Shown here piece by piece: positions 59,999 to 64,000 of a DNA stretch of 64,000 nucleotides. The stretch covers positions 58,635 through 122,634 of the IMG/VR virus record IMGVR_UViG_3300031133_000383. One strand, 5' to 3'. A program made the position numbers and the translations under genes. The notes below the pieces were generated by a model. That model searched no databases. It was given only the letters and a program-made list of their open reading frames with translations, and had not been told where the DNA came from. This DNA is from a virus (taxonomy: Duplodnaviria; Heunggongvirae; Uroviricota; Caudoviricetes). Within the stretch, counting starts at the first letter, position 1; the number at the start of each line of letters is the position of its first letter.

Positions 59999-60766
59999 AT
60001 GAACAGTCATTTTAAAAATTTTTTTGAATTCTATTTTGATTATCCTTTTGAACAATTGGAATTCTTTCTGATGAATCAGATCGACATTGATATTGCCAAA
60101 ACTTATCAATTGGATGTTAATGATATTGAAACTTTTTTCATCCATAAAAAAAATTCAAAAAATTCTACAGTTAATTATTATGGGTTTTTCAGATTGAAAC
60201 ACTCTGACTTTTATATTCCTGTTGATATAATTTGTATTAAAGATTATTATGATCCCATAATTGATCTGAAATTTAATTTAACTACAAGAAACTCTATATT
60301 TGATTTCAAATGTATACCTTTAAAATATGATAAGACATTTGACTATATTAACGAATTAATGAAAGCATTGCCAGAATCTATTTCAGAATTTGTTTCAGGC
60401 ATTGAAAAAGATTTTACGTTTTTGAATACTTCTTTTATGGATAATTTTTCTCTTTATTTTGATTTAAAATCAAGTTTTCTACAAATTAAATCTCGTTCAA
60501 ATCTACATTATAACGAATTAACCATTGCTGGTTTTTACGATGATCAAAAGAGACGGCTTGATTACAGTCTTAATGTAAAAGGAGATAATGAATTATTAAC
60601 CATGTTCTTGTCTTGTATAAATATAGATGAATTCAATTGTCATCATTTATTGTCTCAAAGCTTTAACAATTATGATTCGCTGATGACCGTGGATAGTACA
60701 AATTTTATCAAGATGAGAAATCAGTTGATTCAGTATAGAAAAATGAATTTAATCTACACATATTGA
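59999..60766 (+). CDS. hypothetical protein, shared C-terminal motif family (...KMNLIYTY); probable paralog of upstream gene
   Basis: DFYIPV vs DIYIPL similarity; weaker motif match. Confidence 0.75.
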   Translation: MNSHFKNFFEFYFDYPFEQLEFFLMNQIDIDIAKTYQLDVNDIETFFIHKKNSKNSTVNYYGFFRLKHSDFYIPVDIICIKDYYDPIIDLKFNLTTRNSIFDFKCIPLKYDKTFDYINELMKALPESISEFVSGIEKDFTFLNTSFMDNFSLYFDLKSSFLQIKSRSNLHYNELTIAGFYDDQKRRLDYSLNVKGDNELLTMFLSCINIDEFNCHHLLSQSFNNYDSLMTVDSTNFIKMRNQLIQYRKMNLIYTY

Positions 60767-60825
60767 TAGCAATCATGGTAAATTTTTGGTATAATTATCC
60801 GGTCTTGACCAAAAGGAGAAATACT

Positions 60826-61674
60826 ATGGTAGACCAATCACTTGTTGTAATGAAAGATCTTCCGCTTGGCACTCGAATGAAGTGTTACGAGGCGGTAGAA
60901 ACAAAACGTCGTTTTGAGCGTAATAAACCAATTTATGCTCGTATTGATGGCCGTGGTTTCAGTAAGTTTACAAAAGGCATGAAAAGACCGTATGAAGAAG
61001 AAATGTCCAAAGCGATGATTGAAGTTACTAAATATCTTGTTAAAGAAACAGGGGCGGTTGTTGGGTATACTCAATCGGACGAAATCAGCCTTGCATGGTT
61101 TGGAGATGACACTAAAACAGCATTCTTTTTTGATGGCAAAATTCAAAAGATGGTTAGTAACGTGGCGGCATTGGCAACTGCTAAGTTCATGACTTATGCG
61201 GCAGTAAAATGGCCAGAAGCTTGTGAACAAAAATTGCCTACGTTTGATAGCCGAATTATTAGTATGCCCAGTTTTGAAGAAGTTGCCAATATGTTTCTGT
61301 GGAGAGTTATGGATGCTCGAAAAAACTCGATCAGTATGGCAGCACGAGCTTTTTTCTCACATAAATCGATTTTGAACAAAAACGGGGCTGACAAGATTGA
61401 AATGCTTAAGGAAGCTGGGATTGACTTTGAAGCCTATCCTGAATTTTTCAAGCATGGTACTTTTGTTCGTAACGAGAAATTTTTTGTCAGTATCGAGGAT
61501 TCCAGTATTCCACTGCAATATAGAGAAGGTAAAGAAGGTGTTTATCGTAACAAGATTGTTGAAGTTCCTGTGACTTCCTTTATGAGCGTGGAAAACAAAG
61601 TGCCATTCATGTTTTATGGTGAACAGCCTAAATTGATTGAAAAACCAATTTTTCTTGATACTGAGCAAGATTGA
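60826..61674 (+). CDS. tRNA(His) guanylyltransferase Thg1/TLP family
   Basis: RMK.YE, ARIDGRGFSKFT, GYTQSDEISL, FFDGKIQK, FDSR, WR..DA.KNS; AAGGAG RBS. Confidence 0.93.
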   Translation: MVDQSLVVMKDLPLGTRMKCYEAVETKRRFERNKPIYARIDGRGFSKFTKGMKRPYEEEMSKAMIEVTKYLVKETGAVVGYTQSDEISLAWFGDDTKTAFFFDGKIQKMVSNVAALATAKFMTYAAVKWPEACEQKLPTFDSRIISMPSFEEVANMFLWRVMDARKNSISMAARAFFSHKSILNKNGADKIEMLKEAGIDFEAYPEFFKHGTFVRNEKFFVSIEDSSIPLQYREGKEGVYRNKIVEVPVTSFMSVENKVPFMFYGEQPKLIEKPIFLDTEQD

Positions 61675-61793
61675 TTTTAAAAGTCTATAGACAGCACTGC
61701 GGTGTTGTCTATTTTCTTCAGATATATGGTTTATTTTTTCCTTGATTTGATGTACTTTTATGATAAGATTCTTCTATTCAAGAGGATAATATA

Positions 61794-62240
61794 ATGAAAC
61801 TTCACGGAAAATACTATTTTATGATTTTTACTGTCTTTATGATGACTTTATTCAATTATGTTTTTTTTACAGAAATAAAGAAAAGTAATGATCACTTAAT
61901 CTCACAATATATTATTCCACAATCCTCAGTAGCCAATAAAGAACGGTTACAAGCTCTTATGTCTCAGCCTTATTATCTCAAATCCCAAATAGATGATGTA
62001 AATGATTTAGCTTTTCACACTTATAAAGACATTTTAATGAAAAAAGATTTAGTTTCGTTAAAGTTAAAAAATATAATGTTATTAAACATGAAAATTATTT
62101 TTGTAGATAACTTATCATTTTATTTTAGAATTAATTATTTAATTAACTTATGCTTGTTGGCTTCTTTTTTGTTTGCTATTATGTATAAAGAAACCAATAT
62201 GAATGATGAGAACAAGCATGAGCCAATATTTAACGTTTGA
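61794..62240 (+). CDS. membrane protein (2 TM)
   Basis: GAGGA RBS; N- and C-terminal hydrophobic segments. Confidence 0.75.
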   Translation: MKLHGKYYFMIFTVFMMTLFNYVFFTEIKKSNDHLISQYIIPQSSVANKERLQALMSQPYYLKSQIDDVNDLAFHTYKDILMKKDLVSLKLKNIMLLNMKIIFVDNLSFYFRINYLINLCLLASFLFAIMYKETNMNDENKHEPIFNV

Positions 62241-62769
62241 AAATAAATTTTTAGATTTATCATTTTCTCAAAAAGTAAGAATGAGTTATGGTGATTGGTG
62301 TAAAAAACTTTTTTTAATAAATTTTGACAAAAAGTTTTATAAAGAAGTTTACACAGACCTCTCTTATATGTATCATTACTTTACATTTAAACAGCTTTTT
62401 TCTACCTTTTTATTATTCATGATATGGCTAACTAATTTTTTTGCTTTTCCCCTCTACGCAGTCTTTATGAGCCACTATTGGGAATCTCGCTATAAAAAAA
62501 TATTGAGTATTGGAAAAGACCCACTCCACGCAATGATTGTTTATTCACTGGACTTACCTCATTTAAATGGTTTGAAAGTGGTTAAGATTTTATCTGACAT
62601 TATCAATTCTGGTATTCATCATTACAGAGTTGTTTTAGAAAATAAAGATATTGTTGAAGTTAACGAGACTCAGTTATTGTCAAAAAACACACTGATAGTA
62701 AGAAAGAGCATTCTAGAGAAGGAATTAAAGAATATTAATTATAAATTAGATTATTTTAAAGATAAATAA
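62203..62769 (+). CDS. membrane hypothetical protein
   Basis: 188 aa ORF with a central TM segment; start uncertain. Confidence 0.7.
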   Translation: MMRTSMSQYLTFENKFLDLSFSQKVRMSYGDWCKKLFLINFDKKFYKEVYTDLSYMYHYFTFKQLFSTFLLFMIWLTNFFAFPLYAVFMSHYWESRYKKILSIGKDPLHAMIVYSLDLPHLNGLKVVKILSDIINSGIHHYRVVLENKDIVEVNETQLLSKNTLIVRKSILEKELKNINYKLDYFKDK

Positions 62770-62793
62770 TTGATCGTATCTATCAATCAATTT

Positions 62794-63222
62794 CTAAAAT
62801 TCATAATAGCTATAAGTTTCTTTTAATACTAAGTTGGTTTGAATTTCGTCTATTACATCTTTTATAATGACATATTTGGGTATTCCCAATTTTAAGAAGA
62901 AAATCACTCCTTTCCAGTTTTTTATAGCTCCATCATTATCCATGAAATCATATTTCTTTGTTTTACTCAATACATCCTGCATTTGATCAATTGTCATATT
63001 CTTAAATATTTTTTGAATTTTTTGTTTATACATTTTTGTTCGATAAAATAATAACATAGCTAATAAGACAGGCGTGATGCCTAATAAGAATAATGAACCA
63101 GATGTAAATAAAATAAAATTGTTATCAATCATTTTATGCGAAACCAGTGCAGTATGTATGAAAAATAAAAGAGATCCTATTAACCAAAATACACCTGTCA
63201 CAGAAGTAAGTAGCCTAATCAT
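62794..63222 (-). CDS. membrane protein (2 TM)
   Basis: AGGAG RBS. Confidence 0.8.
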   Translation of the reverse strand: MIRLLTSVTGVFWLIGSLLFFIHTALVSHKMIDNNFILFTSGSLFLLGITPVLLAMLLFYRTKMYKQKIQKIFKNMTIDQMQDVLSKTKKYDFMDNDGAIKNWKGVIFFLKLGIPKYVIIKDVIDEIQTNLVLKETYSYYEF

Positions 63223-63416
63223 AGATTTTCTCCTGAAATGATAGTTAACTTTACAACTTTTAAAAATTTTGTCAAATACCAGTAGTCAATTTTTTGAAAT
63301 GATCTAGTGCAGGTGTTTTATCTATTTGTTTTATATGGTTTTTTATTTATTGTAAAAAAATAGTTTCTGATTTCTTTTTATGTTATAATAAATTTAAATC
63401 ATGGGAGTCATGTGCA

Positions 63417-63962
63417 ATGATAAATTATTTCAAACGATGGGACATTGTTGATAATATCAGACGGATGTTAAAAATTCTTGATGGCTCTGATAAATACCCT
63501 AGGTTGGTTTTTGAATATTCATTAAAAGATGATATTTTAAAACTTGTTTTTCCATCTAAAGAAAAATATATGTTTTCATTTCTTGCAGAAGATTTGACTA
63601 TTGAATATCACAAAAAAACAGGTAATTTACTGATCCAGCCTGATCGATATAATTTGACCTCTCATTTTTCTGGAAAACGTCTTGCTTTTACTTTGAAAAA
63701 CTATATTAAAAAATTTGAGCAAAGAGAGGCATTTATTAACATGATAGTGCAAGAACGAAAAAGAATGTCAGCTTTTATTGATCCACGCCATCGTTATTCA
63801 AGTGAATGGGTTGATCATCGTTCAGGATCTTCCAATAAATCTTATAATGATGATAACTGTAGTGTTTATAGAGATATTGTCTATTCCGCATCAGATTCTT
63901 GTAGCCATAGTGATAGTTCTAATAGTAATCATAGCCATAATGGTAACAACAGTGACAATTAG
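63417..63962 (+). CDS. hypothetical protein with Ser/Asp/Asn/His low-complexity tail
   Basis: GGGAG RBS; TGtTATAAT promoter. Confidence 0.8.
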   Translation: MINYFKRWDIVDNIRRMLKILDGSDKYPRLVFEYSLKDDILKLVFPSKEKYMFSFLAEDLTIEYHKKTGNLLIQPDRYNLTSHFSGKRLAFTLKNYIKKFEQREAFINMIVQERKRMSAFIDPRHRYSSEWVDHRSGSSNKSYNDDNCSVYRDIVYSASDSCSHSDSSNSNHSHNGNNSDN

Positions 63963-64000
63963 GATATTATACAGTTTCCATAAATAATCTATATTTAAAA

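Noticed and set aside
4353-60825. Long N-terminal extensions in track ORFs 4353, 15142, 20178, 40641, 52684, 60763
   Set aside because: The extensions overlap clear promoters or RBSs; downstream ATGs are better supported.
736-63987. Many short alternative-frame or antisense ORFs in the track (e.g. 736, 746, 3716, 4926, 18859, 52257, 54692, 60838, 63778)
   Set aside because: They lie within well-supported genes, lack RBSs and have shadow-ORF composition.
1-64000. Alternative genetic code (stop reassignment)
   Set aside because: Conserved enzymes are full length in code 11 and genes end at TAA, TAG or TGA.
1-64000. CRISPR array, integron attC array, transposase, rRNA, phage structural genes
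   Set aside because: No regularly spaced repeats, no attC-like structures noticed and no corresponding protein motifs seen.

Overview
Strongly AT-rich, gene-dense 64 kb segment (genetic code 11) with frequent strand switches. Most genes are mono- or dicistronic, with their own sigma70-type promoter and an intrinsic terminator. No rRNA, core ribosomal operon, CRISPR, transposase, phage structural gene or conjugation gene is visible. The content points to a giant mobile element (jumbo phage or megaplasmid-like) of a probably gammaproteobacterial host; which of the two cannot be decided here. Recognisable cargo: translation genes (bS21, HPF, TilS, Thg1, a truncated AlaRS paralog, tRNA-fMet/Thr/Gly), NadE, EndA, a DEDDh exonuclease, a T5orf172/GIY-YIG protein, PcfJ-like proteins, LemA-HtpX, an MCP, NUDIX, a metallophosphoesterase, oligopeptidase A, an M23 peptidase, a HAD hydrolase and a MarR-OMF-EmrA-EmrB efflux operon. 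The most striking unexplained pattern is in the orphan proteins. About 14 otherwise dissimilar ORFs share one stop-anchored C-terminal motif (hydrophobic-hydrophobic-[EK]-M-x-x-[IYL]-COOH). A non-overlapping set of about 8 ends in a Lys-rich K-x-K-[P/F/M/L] tail. This suggests two C-terminal address or docking codes. Also notable: a tRNA-mimic RNA and a second structured RNA in the tRNA operon, and two leader-peptide arrangements. All family calls come from motif recognition by eye; no searches were run.
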